Position numbers and translations under genes: made by a program. The notes under the pieces were generated by a model, which had not been told where the DNA came from, made no database searches, and worked only from the letters and a program-made list of their open reading frames with translations. A stretch of DNA of 64,000 bases from Actinomycetes bacterium (GTDB taxonomy: Bacteria > Actinomycetota > Actinomycetes > JBBQFP01). How positions within the stretch are numbered: position 1 is the first letter of the stretch; each line of letters starts with the position of its first letter. The stretch spans positions 21,924 to 85,923 of the forward strand of contig JBBQFP010000007.1 of the NCBI GenBank assembly GCA_038322045.1. Reading direction: 5' to 3'. Shown piece after piece: positions 19,922 through 29,027 of this stretch.

Positions 19922-21046
19922 GTGCGAGACGTCGTCGTCGTCGGTGGGGGCCTGGCCGGGCTGCAGTCGCTGGTCGCCCTGCGCTCGCAGGGCTTCGACG
20001 GCCGGCTGACGATGCTCTGCGCCGAGGACGAGCCGCCCTACGACCGGCCGCCGCTGTCCAAGGAGGTCCTCGCCGGGACGAGGTCGTCGACGACCCTCGA
20101 GGCCGACTGGACGGCGCTCGACGTCGACCTGCGCCTGGGCTGCCCCGCGGTCGGGCTCGAGCCCGGGGCGGTCCTCACCGCTGCCGGAGCCGTCCCCGCT
20201 GACGGCGTCGTCCTCGCGTGCGGCTCGGAGCCGGTGCGCGTCCCGGGAGCGGCGGTCCTCCATACGCGGGCCGACGCGCTCGCCCTGCACGAGCAACTGC
20301 GGCCGGGCGCCAGGGTGGCCGTCGTCGGGGCGGGCTGGATCGGTGCGGAGGTCGCCACCGCGGCGGCCAGGGCCGGGTGCGCCGTCGTCGTCCACGAGGC
20401 GACGTCGGCCCCGCTGGCCGCGCTGCCGGCTCAGGTGGGCGCCCGCACCGCGGGGTGGTACGCGGCCCTCGGGATCGAGCTGCGGCTGGGACGACGTGTC
20501 ACCGGCGCCGACGGCCTCGCGGCGGACGTCGTCGTCGCGGGGATCGGCGTGCGGCCGGCCACGGCGTGGCTGCGAGGATCACGGGTGGCGCTCGACCCCG
20601 GCGACGGGGCGGTGCTCACCGACGCGGCGTTGCGGACGTCGCTGCCCGGGGTCGTCGCCGTCGGTGACTGCGCGGCGTGGATCTCGCGACGCTACGGGCG
20701 ACGGCTGCGGGTGCCGCACTGGGACGCCGCCCTGCGCAGCCCAGAGGCCGCGGCCGCGTCGCTGCTGGGCCGCGCCGTCACCCATGACCCGGTGCCGTAC
20801 TCGTGGTCGGAGCAGCTCGGGCACACGCTGCAGGTGCTCGGCGTCCCGGCCGCCGGTGACCACCTCGTGTGGCGCACCACCGTCGCCGGGTGGTCGGCAT
20901 GCTGGCTCGCCGGGCAGCAGCTCGTCGCCGTCGTCGCCTGCGACACCCCTCGCGACGCCTCGCAGGCCCGGCGGCTTCTCGCCGCGGGGACTGCCGTCGA
21001 CGAGGAGCGGCTCGCCCACGGCGCGCTGCGCGACGCAGTGCTCTGA
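19922..21046 (+). CDS. NAD(P)/FAD-dependent oxidoreductase (ferredoxin-reductase-like)
   Basis: ORF 19613..21046 trimmed to GTG 19922 (VRDVVVVGGGLAGLQS...). Second dinucleotide fold VAVVGAGWIGAEVA, and GVVAVGDCA. Confidence 0.8.
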   Translation: MRDVVVVGGGLAGLQSLVALRSQGFDGRLTMLCAEDEPPYDRPPLSKEVLAGTRSSTTLEADWTALDVDLRLGCPAVGLEPGAVLTAAGAVPADGVVLACGSEPVRVPGAAVLHTRADALALHEQLRPGARVAVVGAGWIGAEVATAAARAGCAVVVHEATSAPLAALPAQVGARTAGWYAALGIELRLGRRVTGADGLAADVVVAGIGVRPATAWLRGSRVALDPGDGAVLTDAALRTSLPGVVAVGDCAAWISRRYGRRLRVPHWDAALRSPEAAAASLLGRAVTHDPVPYSWSEQLGHTLQVLGVPAAGDHLVWRTTVAGWSACWLAGQQLVAVVACDTPRDASQARRLLAAGTAVDEERLAHGALRDAVL

Positions 21047-21047
21047 G

Positions 21048-21100
21048 CCGCACCCCACCCGCAGCCGGCGTCTGTGACCCCGGATGCGGGTGGGGTGCGG
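21048..21100 (+). terminator. Perfect 16-bp-stem hairpin immediately after the oxidoreductase stop
   Basis: CCGCACCCCACCCGCA (21048-21063) and TGCGGGTGGGGTGCGG (21085-21100) are exact reverse complements around a 21-nt loop. No U-tract. Confidence 0.55.
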
Positions 21101-21119
21101 ATCTGGCAGGCTCTCCGGC

Positions 21120-21497
21120 GTGACCGAGCCCGAGGGAACCGTGACAGACGAGGTCGAGCAGCTGGTCGAGGACTGGCTCACCCTGCCCGAGGTGGGCGAG
21201 CGGCTGGGACTGGAGATCACCCGCGTGCGCCAGCTCGTTCGCGAGCGCCAGGTCCTTGCGGTGCGCCGCGGGCCGAACCGGGTCCTCATGGTCCCCTCGG
21301 CGTTCATCACCGACGGCCAGGTCCTCAAGGGTCTGCCCGGTCTGCTCACCGTGCTCCTCGACGACGGCTACGCCGACGAGGAGTCGCTGCGCTGGCTGTT
21401 CACCCCCGAGGAGACGCTCCCGGGCAGCCCCGTCCAGGCGCTGCGCGAGAACCGCGGCACCGAGGTCACGCGTCGGGCGCAGGCCCTTGCCTTCTGA
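21120..21497 (+). CDS. Rv2175c-family DNA-binding protein (excisionase-type HTH)
   Basis: ORF 21084..21497. ATG 21084 lies inside the hairpin, so GTG 21120 (or 21141) is preferred. [32 protein letters not shown]...[24 protein letters not shown] resembles M. tuberculosis Rv2175c. Confidence 0.75.
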   Translation: MTEPEGTVTDEVEQLVEDWLTLPEVGERLGLEITRVRQLVRERQVLAVRRGPNRVLMVPSAFITDGQVLKGLPGLLTVLLDDGYADEESLRWLFTPEETLPGSPVQALRENRGTEVTRRAQALAF

Positions 21498-22179
21498 GTC
21501 GGACGTCCCGGAGCGTGACCTGAGGCGACGGCTGGCCGTCGCGCGGCTCTACCTGTGCACCGACGCCCGCGAGTCCCAGGGCGACCTCGCCGCCTTCCTC
21601 GAGGCCGTGATCTCCGGCGGGGTCGACGTCGTCCAGCTCAGGCAGAAGGGCATGGAGGCGCGCGCCGAGATCGAGGCCCTCTCCGTCGTGGCCGACGCCT
21701 GCTGTCGTCACGGGGCGCTCATGGCGGTCAACGACCGTGCCGACGTCGCGCTCGCCGCCGGTGCCGACGTCCTCCACCTCGGGCAGGACGACCTCCCCGT
21801 GCCCCTGGCCCGCCGCATCATCGGCGCGGCGCCCCTGGTGGGGCGCTCGACGCACGACCGCGCCCAGGCCTCGGCGGCAGCCGTCGAGGACGGCGTCGAC
21901 TACTTCTGCGTGGGGCCGACCTGGGCCACCCCGACGAAGCCCGGCCGCCGTGCCGCGGGCCTCGACCTCGTGGGCCACGCCGCGTCCCTGGGGACCTCCC
22001 GGCCGTGGTTCGCCATCGGCGGCATCGACGCCACGAACCTCGACGAGGTGCTCGCCGCCGGGGCTCGGCGGGTCGTCGTCGTCCGGGCGCTCACCGAGGC
22101 TTCCGACCCCGAAGCGGCGGCCCGTGGTCTCGCGGACGCGCTCCGGGCGGCGGCGGTCGAGGCCGCCGAGCCGGCGTGA
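21487..22179 (+). CDS. thiE: Thiamine-phosphate synthase
   Basis: In ORF 21256..22179. [78 protein letters not shown]. Start uncertain: TTG 21487 or CTG 21520, with no in-frame ATG/GTG nearby. Confidence 0.85.
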   Translation: MPSESDVPERDLRRRLAVARLYLCTDARESQGDLAAFLEAVISGGVDVVQLRQKGMEARAEIEALSVVADACCRHGALMAVNDRADVALAAGADVLHLGQDDLPVPLARRIIGAAPLVGRSTHDRAQASAAAVEDGVDYFCVGPTWATPTKPGRRAAGLDLVGHAASLGTSRPWFAIGGIDATNLDEVLAAGARRVVVVRALTEASDPEAAARGLADALRAAAVEAAEPA

Positions 22180-22508
22180 GGCACCTGTCCTACCTCGGCA
22201 TGCTCGTGTTCTGCCTCGTCGGGACGCTGCCGCTCGAGGTCGTGCTCCACGTGGGCGTGTACCGCCAGGTGCGCCGGCTGCTGCTCAGCCTCCTGCCCGT
22301 CGTCGTGGTCTTCCTCGCGTGGGACCTCTACGCCATCGCCCGCGGCCACTGGTCCTTCGACCGCGCGCAGACGACCGGGATCGTGCTCCCCGGAGGGGTC
22401 CCGCTCGAGGAGCTGCTGTTCTTCGTCGTCGTCCCCGTGGCGGCGGTCCTCACCCTCGAGGCCGTCCGCACGGTGCGGGGCTGGCCGGTCGGTGACGAGC
22501 CGCGGTGA
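22176..22508 (+). CDS. crtYc: Lycopene cyclase domain protein, heterodimeric cyclase subunit
   Basis: GTG 22176 overlaps the thiE stop (GTGA). About 110 aa, 3 TM segments, conserved VPLEELLFF (PxE[ED]) motif. Confidence 0.75.
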   Translation: MRHLSYLGMLVFCLVGTLPLEVVLHVGVYRQVRRLLLSLLPVVVVFLAWDLYAIARGHWSFDRAQTTGIVLPGGVPLEELLFFVVVPVAAVLTLEAVRTVRGWPVGDEPR

Positions 22509-22816
22509 GCTACACGGCCCTCGCCGTCGTCGGGGTGGCGCTGTCCGTCGTCCTCGACCTCGCCGTGCTTCGGACCGGGCTGCTGCGGCGCCGCACGTTC
22601 TGGACCGCCTATGCGATCATCATCGGCTTCCAGCTGCTGACCAACGGCTGGCTGACCGGACGAGGCATCGTCACGTATGCGCCGTCGGCGATCCTGGGGT
22701 GGCGGATCGCCTACGCGCCCGTCGAGGACCTGCTCTTCGGCTTCGCCATGGTGCTCCAGGTGCTGGCCTGGTGGGTCTGGTGGGGCAGGCGCCTGCCCCC
22801 GGCCGCTCGCGGCTGA
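22505..22816 (+). CDS. crtYd: Lycopene cyclase domain protein, second heterodimeric cyclase subunit
   Basis: ORF 22505..22816. GTG overlaps the crtYc stop (GTGA). Motif APVEDLLFGF. Confidence 0.75.
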   Translation: MSYTALAVVGVALSVVLDLAVLRTGLLRRRTFWTAYAIIIGFQLLTNGWLTGRGIVTYAPSAILGWRIAYAPVEDLLFGFAMVLQVLAWWVWWGRRLPPAARG

Positions 22817-22863
22817 GCACTGGCCCGGCTTGGCGACGCCGCCGCCCTCGCGACCCGTGACGC

Positions 22864-23787
22864 TCAGGCCAGGTCGTGCCAACGCCGCTCGGCCCGGCGG
22901 GCCCTGACGGCGCGGGCGACCCCGGGCACCGCGACGGCAACCCTGCGGCGTCTCGGCACGACGACTCGGGCATGAAGGACGTCGAAGTCGACCTTCTCGG
23001 CCTGGTCGAGGATCCCCGAGTAGAGCACCACAGCTGCCCGGATGCAGTCGCGGCTCGTCGGGGCGAGCAACCCGATACCGGGGTCCGCGGCGGCGTAGAT
23101 GCGTCTGGTCCGAGCAACCTCGAAGCGCACGAGCTCCTTGACTCCGCGGCTGGCCCGGGGGCGGCCGAGGTCCTCCCGGGTGACGCCGTGCGCGGCGAGG
23201 TCCTCCTCTGGCAGGTACACCCGGCCGCGCGCGTGGTCCTCGGCGACGTCGCGGATGAAGTTCGACAGCTGGAACGCCTCGCCGAGCGCCCGCGCGCACG
23301 GGATCGCCTCGTCGTGGAGGTAGCCGAGGACGGGCAGCATCTCGAGGCCGATGACGGCTGCCGAGCCGTACATGTAGCGCTGGAGATCGGCGAAGGTCCG
23401 GTAGCGGGTGATGCGGAGGTCCATCGCCATCGAGTCGAGGAAAGCGGCGAAGTACGGCGTCGGGATGTCGAACTGTGCCTTGGTGTGCAGGACGGCGGCG
23501 ATGACCGGGTCCTCGCTCGAGCCCTCGGCGAGGTCCTTGCCGAAGCGGTCGCTGAAGGCGGCGAGCGTCTCGGTCATCGTCGCGGGGTCCCCGTTGTCGA
23601 CGATCTCGTCGGCGTAGCGGGCGAAGCCGTAGAGCGCGTGGACGTGCGGGCGCTTCGCCGGCTCGAGCAGCAGCGTCGCGAGGTAGTAGCTCTTGCCGTG
23701 CGAGGCGTTGAGCTGCCGGCACGTCTCGTAGGCGACGCGCAGCCGGGGGTCGTGGATCCCGGCTGCGTCGAGCTCCCTGGTGCTCAC
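22864..23787 (-). CDS. crtB: Phytoene synthase
   Basis: ORF 22864..23925 trimmed to GTG 23787. SYYLATLLL, YGFARYADEIVD, QLSNFIRDVAEDHARGRVYLP. Confidence 0.9.
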   Translation of the reverse strand: MSTRELDAAGIHDPRLRVAYETCRQLNASHGKSYYLATLLLEPAKRPHVHALYGFARYADEIVDNGDPATMTETLAAFSDRFGKDLAEGSSEDPVIAAVLHTKAQFDIPTPYFAAFLDSMAMDLRITRYRTFADLQRYMYGSAAVIGLEMLPVLGYLHDEAIPCARALGEAFQLSNFIRDVAEDHARGRVYLPEEDLAAHGVTREDLGRPRASRGVKELVRFEVARTRRIYAAADPGIGLLAPTSRDCIRAAVVLYSGILDQAEKVDFDVLHARVVVPRRRRVAVAVPGVARAVRARRAERRWHDLA

Positions 23788-23830
23788 GCCGGCCAGTCTC
23801 CCGCGACCGGCGCCGCGCCTCGCAGGGGGC

Positions 23831-25336
23831 TCAGCGGTAGGCCCGGGAGCGGTAGGCGGGGTCGGGGCCAGTGATCCGTTCCGCGGCCAGCCGGCCCGAG
23901 ATGAGCACCATGGGCACCCCGACACCGGGCTGGGTGCCGGAGCCGGTGAAGACGACGTTGTCGTAGGAGCGCGGGAGGTTCGTCGGGCGGAACGGCCCGG
24001 TCTGGAGGAACGAGTGCGCGGCCGCGAACGGCGCCCCCTGCTCCATGCCTCGGCGCTGCCAGTCCAGCGGCGTCGTCACGTGCTCGACCTCGACGGCGTC
24101 GCCGAAGCCGGTGAGGCCGCGCTGCTCGAGGGTCCGGACGACCTCGTCGCGGTAGCGAGGTCCCACGGTCTCCCAGTCGATACCTGCGGACATGTTCGGC
24201 GTGGGGAACAGGACGTAGTAGATCTCCTTGCCCGCGGGCGACAGGGAGGGATCGGTGCGGGTCGGGTTGGTGACGAGCAACGACGGGTCGCTCATGAGGC
24301 GCTTCTCGTCGATGAGCTCGCGGAAGACGCCCTTCCAGTCGTGGCCGAAAGAGATCGTGTGATGGGCGAGGTCGTCGTAGCGCGCGCTCGAGCCGGCGAG
24401 CATGAGGAAGCACGACGGCGAGTACGACAGCCGGGCCACCGTGCGCGGGGTGCGCCCGAGGAGGTCGCGCCAGGCGACGGGCAGGTCGGGGGAGAGGACG
24501 ACGACGTCGCACGGCACGCGGGTGCCGTCGGCGCACACGACGGCGACGGCGCGGCTGCCGCGGGTCTCGACGCTGGTGACCGTCGTGCCGTAGCGGATGT
24601 CCACCCCGTGCTTCTCGGCAGCTCCGGCGAGCGCTCGTGGCAGGGCGTGCATCCCGCCACGGGGGAAGAACACGCCCGCGACGGAGTCCATGTAGGCGAT
24701 GACGGCGTAGATCGCCAGGGCGTCGTAGGGGGAGAGTCCCGCGTACATCGCCTGGAAGGAGAACACCCGCTCGGTGCGCGGGTCCTTGAGGAACTGCCGG
24801 ACCTTGGGTGCCAGCCGCCTGAAGCCCCCGAGCGCGACGAGCCGCGCCAGGGACGGCGTGACGAGCGAGAGCGGGGAGTCGATGTTGCGGTCGATGAAGT
24901 CCTTCATCTCGGCCCGGTAGACCTTCGAGACGAAGTCGACGTAGCGCAGGTAGCCCGCCGCCTCGTCCGGCGAGCAGACCCGTGAGATCTCCTCGGACAT
25001 CTGGGCCGGGTCCGCGTGCACGTCGAGGGTCGACCCGTCGGCGTAGCGCGCGCGGTAGAGCGGCGCGACGGGGATGAGGTCGAGCCAGTCCTCCATGCGC
25101 TCGCCCACGCAGTCGAAGGCGTCGGCGATGAGGTCAGGCATCGTCAGCACGCTCGGGCCGGTGTCGAAGGCGTATCCGGAGTCGCTGAGCAGGCCGTTGC
25201 GCCCGCCCGGCACGTCCTCGCGCTCGAGCACGGTGACCGATCGGCCCGCGCCTGCCAGCCGCAGCGCCGCGGAGAGCCCCGACAGGCCCGCTCCGACGAC
25301 GACGACGTGGTCGGTGGGGCCGGTGACGGTTCGCAC
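23831..25336 (-). CDS. crtI: Phytoene desaturase
   Basis: ORF 23831..25336. HVVVVGAGLSGLSAALRLAGAG..VLEREDVPGGR, and C-terminal FTGSGTQPGVGVPMVLISG. Confidence 0.9.
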   Translation of the reverse strand: MRTVTGPTDHVVVVGAGLSGLSAALRLAGAGRSVTVLEREDVPGGRNGLLSDSGYAFDTGPSVLTMPDLIADAFDCVGERMEDWLDLIPVAPLYRARYADGSTLDVHADPAQMSEEISRVCSPDEAAGYLRYVDFVSKVYRAEMKDFIDRNIDSPLSLVTPSLARLVALGGFRRLAPKVRQFLKDPRTERVFSFQAMYAGLSPYDALAIYAVIAYMDSVAGVFFPRGGMHALPRALAGAAEKHGVDIRYGTTVTSVETRGSRAVAVVCADGTRVPCDVVVLSPDLPVAWRDLLGRTPRTVARLSYSPSCFLMLAGSSARYDDLAHHTISFGHDWKGVFRELIDEKRLMSDPSLLVTNPTRTDPSLSPAGKEIYYVLFPTPNMSAGIDWETVGPRYRDEVVRTLEQRGLTGFGDAVEVEHVTTPLDWQRRGMEQGAPFAAAHSFLQTGPFRPTNLPRSYDNVVFTGSGTQPGVGVPMVLISGRLAAERITGPDPAYRSRAYR

Positions 25337-25337
25337 G

Positions 25338-26411
25338 TCAGACCGCCCGTGAGGTCGCGGCGACGGCGAGCTCGGCGAGCACCCCGCGAGCCGACTCGGC
25401 GATCAGAGGCGAGTCCAGCGCGTCGAGCGCCTGAGCGGTCAGCGAGGAGATGAGCTCCTCGGTGCGCTCGAGGGCACCGGTCTCGCAGATCACCGTGCGC
25501 AGCCGCTCGACGCCGTCGAGGTCGAGCCGGCTGTCCCCGAGGAGCCGGTTCACCGTCGCCACCTGGGCGGGCGTGGCCCGCGCCAGGGCGGTCGCGACGA
25601 GCACCGTGCGCTTGCCCTCGCGCAGGTCGTCGCCGGCAGGCTTGCCCGTGGTGGCGGGGTCACCGAAGACGCCGAGGACGTCGTCGCGCAGCTGGAAGGC
25701 CTCGCCCAGGGGCAGTCCGTAGGCGGTGTAGACGGCGGAGACGGCGTCCGGGCCGCCGGCGAGGGCTGCGCCGAGGTGCAGCGGGCGCTCGACGGTGTAC
25801 TTGGCGGACTTGTACCTGGCCACCCTCAGCGAGCGTTCGACGGACTGCGACCCCATGGCCTGCTCGAGGACGTCGAGGTACTGGCCGCTGATGAGCTCGA
25901 CGCGCATCTCGTCCCAGACGGGCAGCGCCCGCAGCACGGACTCGGCGGGCAGGCCGCACGTGCGCAGCATCTGATCGGCCCAGATGAGGGCGAGGTCGCC
26001 GATGAGCACCGCGGAGGAGAGGCCGAACCCGTCAGGGCTGCCGTGCCAGCGTTCGCCTCGGTGCATCGCGGCGAAGCGCCGGTGCACCGAGGGCATCCCC
26101 CGGCGGGTGTCGGAACCGTCCATGACGTCGTCGTGGATGAGGGCGCACGCGTGGAGCAGCTCGAGGGCGGAGACGGCCCGGACGACCTCCTCGGTGTCGG
26201 GCCCACCGGCGCCACGCCAGCCCCAGTAGGCGAAGGCCGGTCGCAGCCGCTTGCCTCCGTCGAGAAAGTCCCGGCACGTGTCGAGGACGCAGACGAGCTC
26301 CTCGCCGATGGCGTCGAGCGCCGGTGCCTGGCGGTCGAAGAACGCGCCGAGGTCCTTCTGCACCCGCTGGCGGAGGTCCTCGACGTCGAGCGGCGTTCGG
26401 GGCGCGGGCAC
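25338..26411 (-). CDS. crtE: Polyprenyl (geranylgeranyl) diphosphate synthase
   Basis: ORF 25338..26729 trimmed to GTG 26411 (GAGGAG SD). FARM motif LIHDDVMD, second Asp-rich GDDLREGK. Occupies the position of mycobacterial idsA2 next to metF. Confidence 0.85.
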   Translation of the reverse strand: MPAPRTPLDVEDLRQRVQKDLGAFFDRQAPALDAIGEELVCVLDTCRDFLDGGKRLRPAFAYWGWRGAGGPDTEEVVRAVSALELLHACALIHDDVMDGSDTRRGMPSVHRRFAAMHRGERWHGSPDGFGLSSAVLIGDLALIWADQMLRTCGLPAESVLRALPVWDEMRVELISGQYLDVLEQAMGSQSVERSLRVARYKSAKYTVERPLHLGAALAGGPDAVSAVYTAYGLPLGEAFQLRDDVLGVFGDPATTGKPAGDDLREGKRTVLVATALARATPAQVATVNRLLGDSRLDLDGVERLRTVICETGALERTEELISSLTAQALDALDSPLIAESARGVLAELAVAATSRAV

Positions 26412-26552
26412 GGGGGCTCCTCGGTCGGTTAGCGGGGGTGCGACCACGCTAGCGGCGCCTGTTGCGAACCGCTCGCCGAAGGAGTGCCGCCTGTGGAGCG
26501 GCCGCGGGGGGTGCGGGCCGAGACGGCCAGACGTGCTCGCGTCAGGCGCCGG

Positions 26553-26566
26553 TACCCTGCCCAAGC
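26553..26566 (+). promoter_or_regulatory. -10-like TACCCT 8 nt upstream of the metF ATG (candidate leaderless transcript)
   Basis: TACCCT at 26553-26558. No SD before ATG 26567. Confidence 0.3.
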
Positions 26567-27493
26567 ATGGCCACCGGTGTCGCGTCGCAGCTGCCCGAGC
26601 GTGCCCCGACGGTGGTCGAGCAGCTCGCGGGAGGGGCGCCGTCGTTCTCCTTCGAGTTCTTCCCGCCGCGCACCGACGAGGGCGAGCGCACCCTCTGGCA
26701 CGCCATCCGCGAGCTCGAGCCGCTGGCACCGAGCTTTGTCTCGGTGACCTACGGCGCCGGGGGCAGCACCCGAGACCGCACGGTGCGCATGACGAGGCGG
26801 ATCGCTGCAGAGACGACGATGGTGCCCGTCGGTCACCTCACCTGCGTCGGGGCGAGCGAGGCCGAGCTGCGCCAGGTCGTCGGGGCCTACGCCGACGCCG
26901 GCGTCCGTAACGTCCTCGCCCTGCGCGGCGACGCCCCCGAGGGGCCGGGCACCCGGTGGCAGCCGCACCCGGAGGGCCTCTCCCACGCCGACGAGCTCGT
27001 GCGGCTCGTCAGCGGGCTCGGCGACTTCTGCCTCGGCGTCGCAGCGTTCCCTGAGGGCCACCCCGAGGCGGTGAGCCTGGAGGACGACGCCCGCCGGCTG
27101 GCCGCCAAGGTCGAGGCCGGCGCCTCCTTCGCCATCACCCAGTTCTTCTTCGACGTCGACTGCTACTTCCGCCTCGTCGACCGGCTCGACCGGCTCGGCT
27201 GCCAGGTCCCGGTGCTCCCGGGCATCATGCCGGTGACCAACGTTGCCCAGATCGAGCGCTTCGTGGCGCTGTCCGGTGCCGCGTTCCCGGCTGCGCTCGC
27301 TGCGCGCCTGCACGCCGTGGCCGACGACGCCGAGGCCGTCCGGGAGATCGGCGTCGAGGTGGCCACCGAGATCGGACGCCGGCTGCTCGACGGCGGCGCC
27401 CCTGGCCTGCACTTCTACACGCTCAACCGGTCGACGGCGACCCGCGAGGTCTTCGCCCGGCTCGGCGGCGTGACGGCTGCCGCGGCGACGTGA
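26567..27493 (+). CDS. metF: Methylenetetrahydrofolate reductase
   Basis: ORF 26462..27493 trimmed to ATG 26567. PSFSFEFFPPRTDEGE, FVSVTYGAGGSTRDRT, ITQFFFD. Confidence 0.88.
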   Translation: MATGVASQLPERAPTVVEQLAGGAPSFSFEFFPPRTDEGERTLWHAIRELEPLAPSFVSVTYGAGGSTRDRTVRMTRRIAAETTMVPVGHLTCVGASEAELRQVVGAYADAGVRNVLALRGDAPEGPGTRWQPHPEGLSHADELVRLVSGLGDFCLGVAAFPEGHPEAVSLEDDARRLAAKVEAGASFAITQFFFDVDCYFRLVDRLDRLGCQVPVLPGIMPVTNVAQIERFVALSGAAFPAALAARLHAVADDAEAVREIGVEVATEIGRRLLDGGAPGLHFYTLNRSTATREVFARLGGVTAAAAT

Positions 27494-28161
27494 GCCGCCC
27501 TGGCGCGCTGCCGACCGAGCGGGAGTACCTCGAGAGGTGGAGCCGCCTGCACGGCGGCGTCGACCCCGCGGGCAACCGCCTCGTCGGGCTGTGGCTGCGC
27601 CTGACCTACCGGGTCGCCCGGCCGCTCGCTCGCTCCGGCGCCTCGCCCGACCTCGTCACCGGGCTCGGCGTCGTCGTCGCAGGGTCCGTCGTCGCGCTCT
27701 GCGTCCTCGGCGGGCGCTGGGTCCTCCTCGCCGTCGTCGTAACGGTGCTCTCCGGGCTGCTGGACAACCTCGACGGCGCGGTCGCCGTGCTCACCGACCG
27801 CGTGTCCGCATGGGGCGCCGTGCTCGACGCCCTCGCGGACCGGGTCGCCGACGGGGCGTACCTGCTCGCCCTCGTCGTCCTCGGGGCGCCCGGACCCCTC
27901 GCCGTGGCGGCGGGCGCGCTCATGGTCGCCCAGGAGTACGCCCGGGCGCGGGCCGGCCAGGCCGGGCTGGCCGACGTCGGCGTCGTCACCGTCGCCGAGC
28001 GGCCCACCCGGGTCATCGTCACCGCCGCGTTCCTCCTCGGGGCCGGCCTGCACCCCCCCGCCGCGGACGCCTGGTCCACCGCCGGCGCGGCGGCGTGGAC
28101 GACGCTGGGCGCCGTCGGGTGCGCGCAGCTCCTCGTCGTCGTGCGCAGACGGCTGCACTGA
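27490..28161 (+). CDS. CDP-alcohol phosphatidyltransferase family protein
   Basis: ORF 27490..28161. GTG overlaps the metF stop (GTGA). Motif DG-x2-A-V-x8-G-x3-D-x3-D (LDNLDGAVAVLTDRVSAWGAVLDALADRVAD), multi-TM. Confidence 0.75.
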   Translation: MSRPGALPTEREYLERWSRLHGGVDPAGNRLVGLWLRLTYRVARPLARSGASPDLVTGLGVVVAGSVVALCVLGGRWVLLAVVVTVLSGLLDNLDGAVAVLTDRVSAWGAVLDALADRVADGAYLLALVVLGAPGPLAVAAGALMVAQEYARARAGQAGLADVGVVTVAERPTRVIVTAAFLLGAGLHPPAADAWSTAGAAAWTTLGAVGCAQLLVVVRRRLH

Positions 28162-28248
28162 GCTCGCGCCGGACGCGGCGCACGATACTGGGGACGGTCC
28201 CCACGGAGCGTGGTGCGGCCCAGGACCCGCGACCCGAGGGAGCCCGAC

Positions 28249-28950
28249 GTGCCCGAGACCGCTGCCCCGGTGCCGGGTTACCTCGCGACCCCGCCGGTGG
28301 GCTCAGGCCCGTGGCCGGGGGTCATCGTTCTTCACGAGGCGTTCGGGCTCACCGACGACATCCGGCTGCACGCTGACCGGCTTGCCGCAGCCGGCTACCT
28401 GGCCCTGGCGCCAGACCTGTTCGCGCGCGGTGGGGCCCTGCGCTGCCTGCGGCCGTCGTTCCGGGCGGTGCTGACGGGCCACGGGCAGGCCTTCGACGAC
28501 GTCGAGGCGGCGAGGCGCTCGCTCGTGGCCCGCGATGACTGCACGGGGCGCGTCGGCGTCGTCGGCTTCTGCCTCGGTGGCGGGTTCGCCCTCCTCGCGG
28601 CCAGTCGCGGGTTCGACGCCTCGTCGGTGAGCTACGGCTACGTGCCCCGCGACCTCGACGCCGTGCTCGACGGCGCCTGCCCGGTGGTGGCGAGCTACGG
28701 CTCGCGCGACCCGGCGGGCAGGGGGGCCGTCCCGCGGCTCGAGGAGGCGATGACCAGGCTCGGCGTCGAGCACGACGTCAAGGAGTACCCGGGCGTCGGG
28801 CACAGCTTCATGAACCGTCACAACACCGGCCCCTTCCGGGTGCTCGAGAAGGTCGTCGGGCTCGGGTACGACCATGCGGCGAGCGAGGACGCCTGGCGGC
28901 GCATCCTCGGTTTCTTCGACGAGCACCTGGGCGCCCAGCGCGCGGAGTGA
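28249..28950 (+). CDS. Dienelactone hydrolase family protein
   Basis: ORF 28210..28950. GTG 28249 preferred (GAGGGAG SD 6 nt upstream). VIVLHEAFGL, GFCLGGG (nucleophile Cys), GVGHSF. Confidence 0.8.
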   Translation: MPETAAPVPGYLATPPVGSGPWPGVIVLHEAFGLTDDIRLHADRLAAAGYLALAPDLFARGGALRCLRPSFRAVLTGHGQAFDDVEAARRSLVARDDCTGRVGVVGFCLGGGFALLAASRGFDASSVSYGYVPRDLDAVLDGACPVVASYGSRDPAGRGAVPRLEEAMTRLGVEHDVKEYPGVGHSFMNRHNTGPFRVLEKVVGLGYDHAASEDAWRRILGFFDEHLGAQRAE

Positions 28951-29027
28951 CGTCGTCCACAGGGCGCCGTCCACAGATGGCCGCCGACCGGTGTGGACGG
29001 CGAGGCCGGCACCGCGAGGGTCTGCCC

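Noticed and set aside
21084-21119. ORF-track start (ATG 21084) for the Rv2175c-like gene
   Set aside because: The ATG lies inside the right arm of a perfect 16-bp hairpin directly after the upstream stop. Downstream in-frame GTGs (21120, 21141) give an N-terminus comparable to Rv2175c.
21256-21486. Long N-terminal extension of thiE (ORF-track start 21256)
   Set aside because: The extension overlaps almost the whole Rv2175c-like CDS in another frame and is Arg/Pro-rich. ThiE homologues start only a few residues before the ARLYLCTD motif.
26412-26566. Possible SAM-type riboswitch in the crtE/metF divergent region
   Set aside because: I could not find SAM-I or SAM-IV hallmark sequences, only generic GC hairpins. 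In addition, metF appears to start within a few nt of a -10-like hexamer, which leaves no leader.
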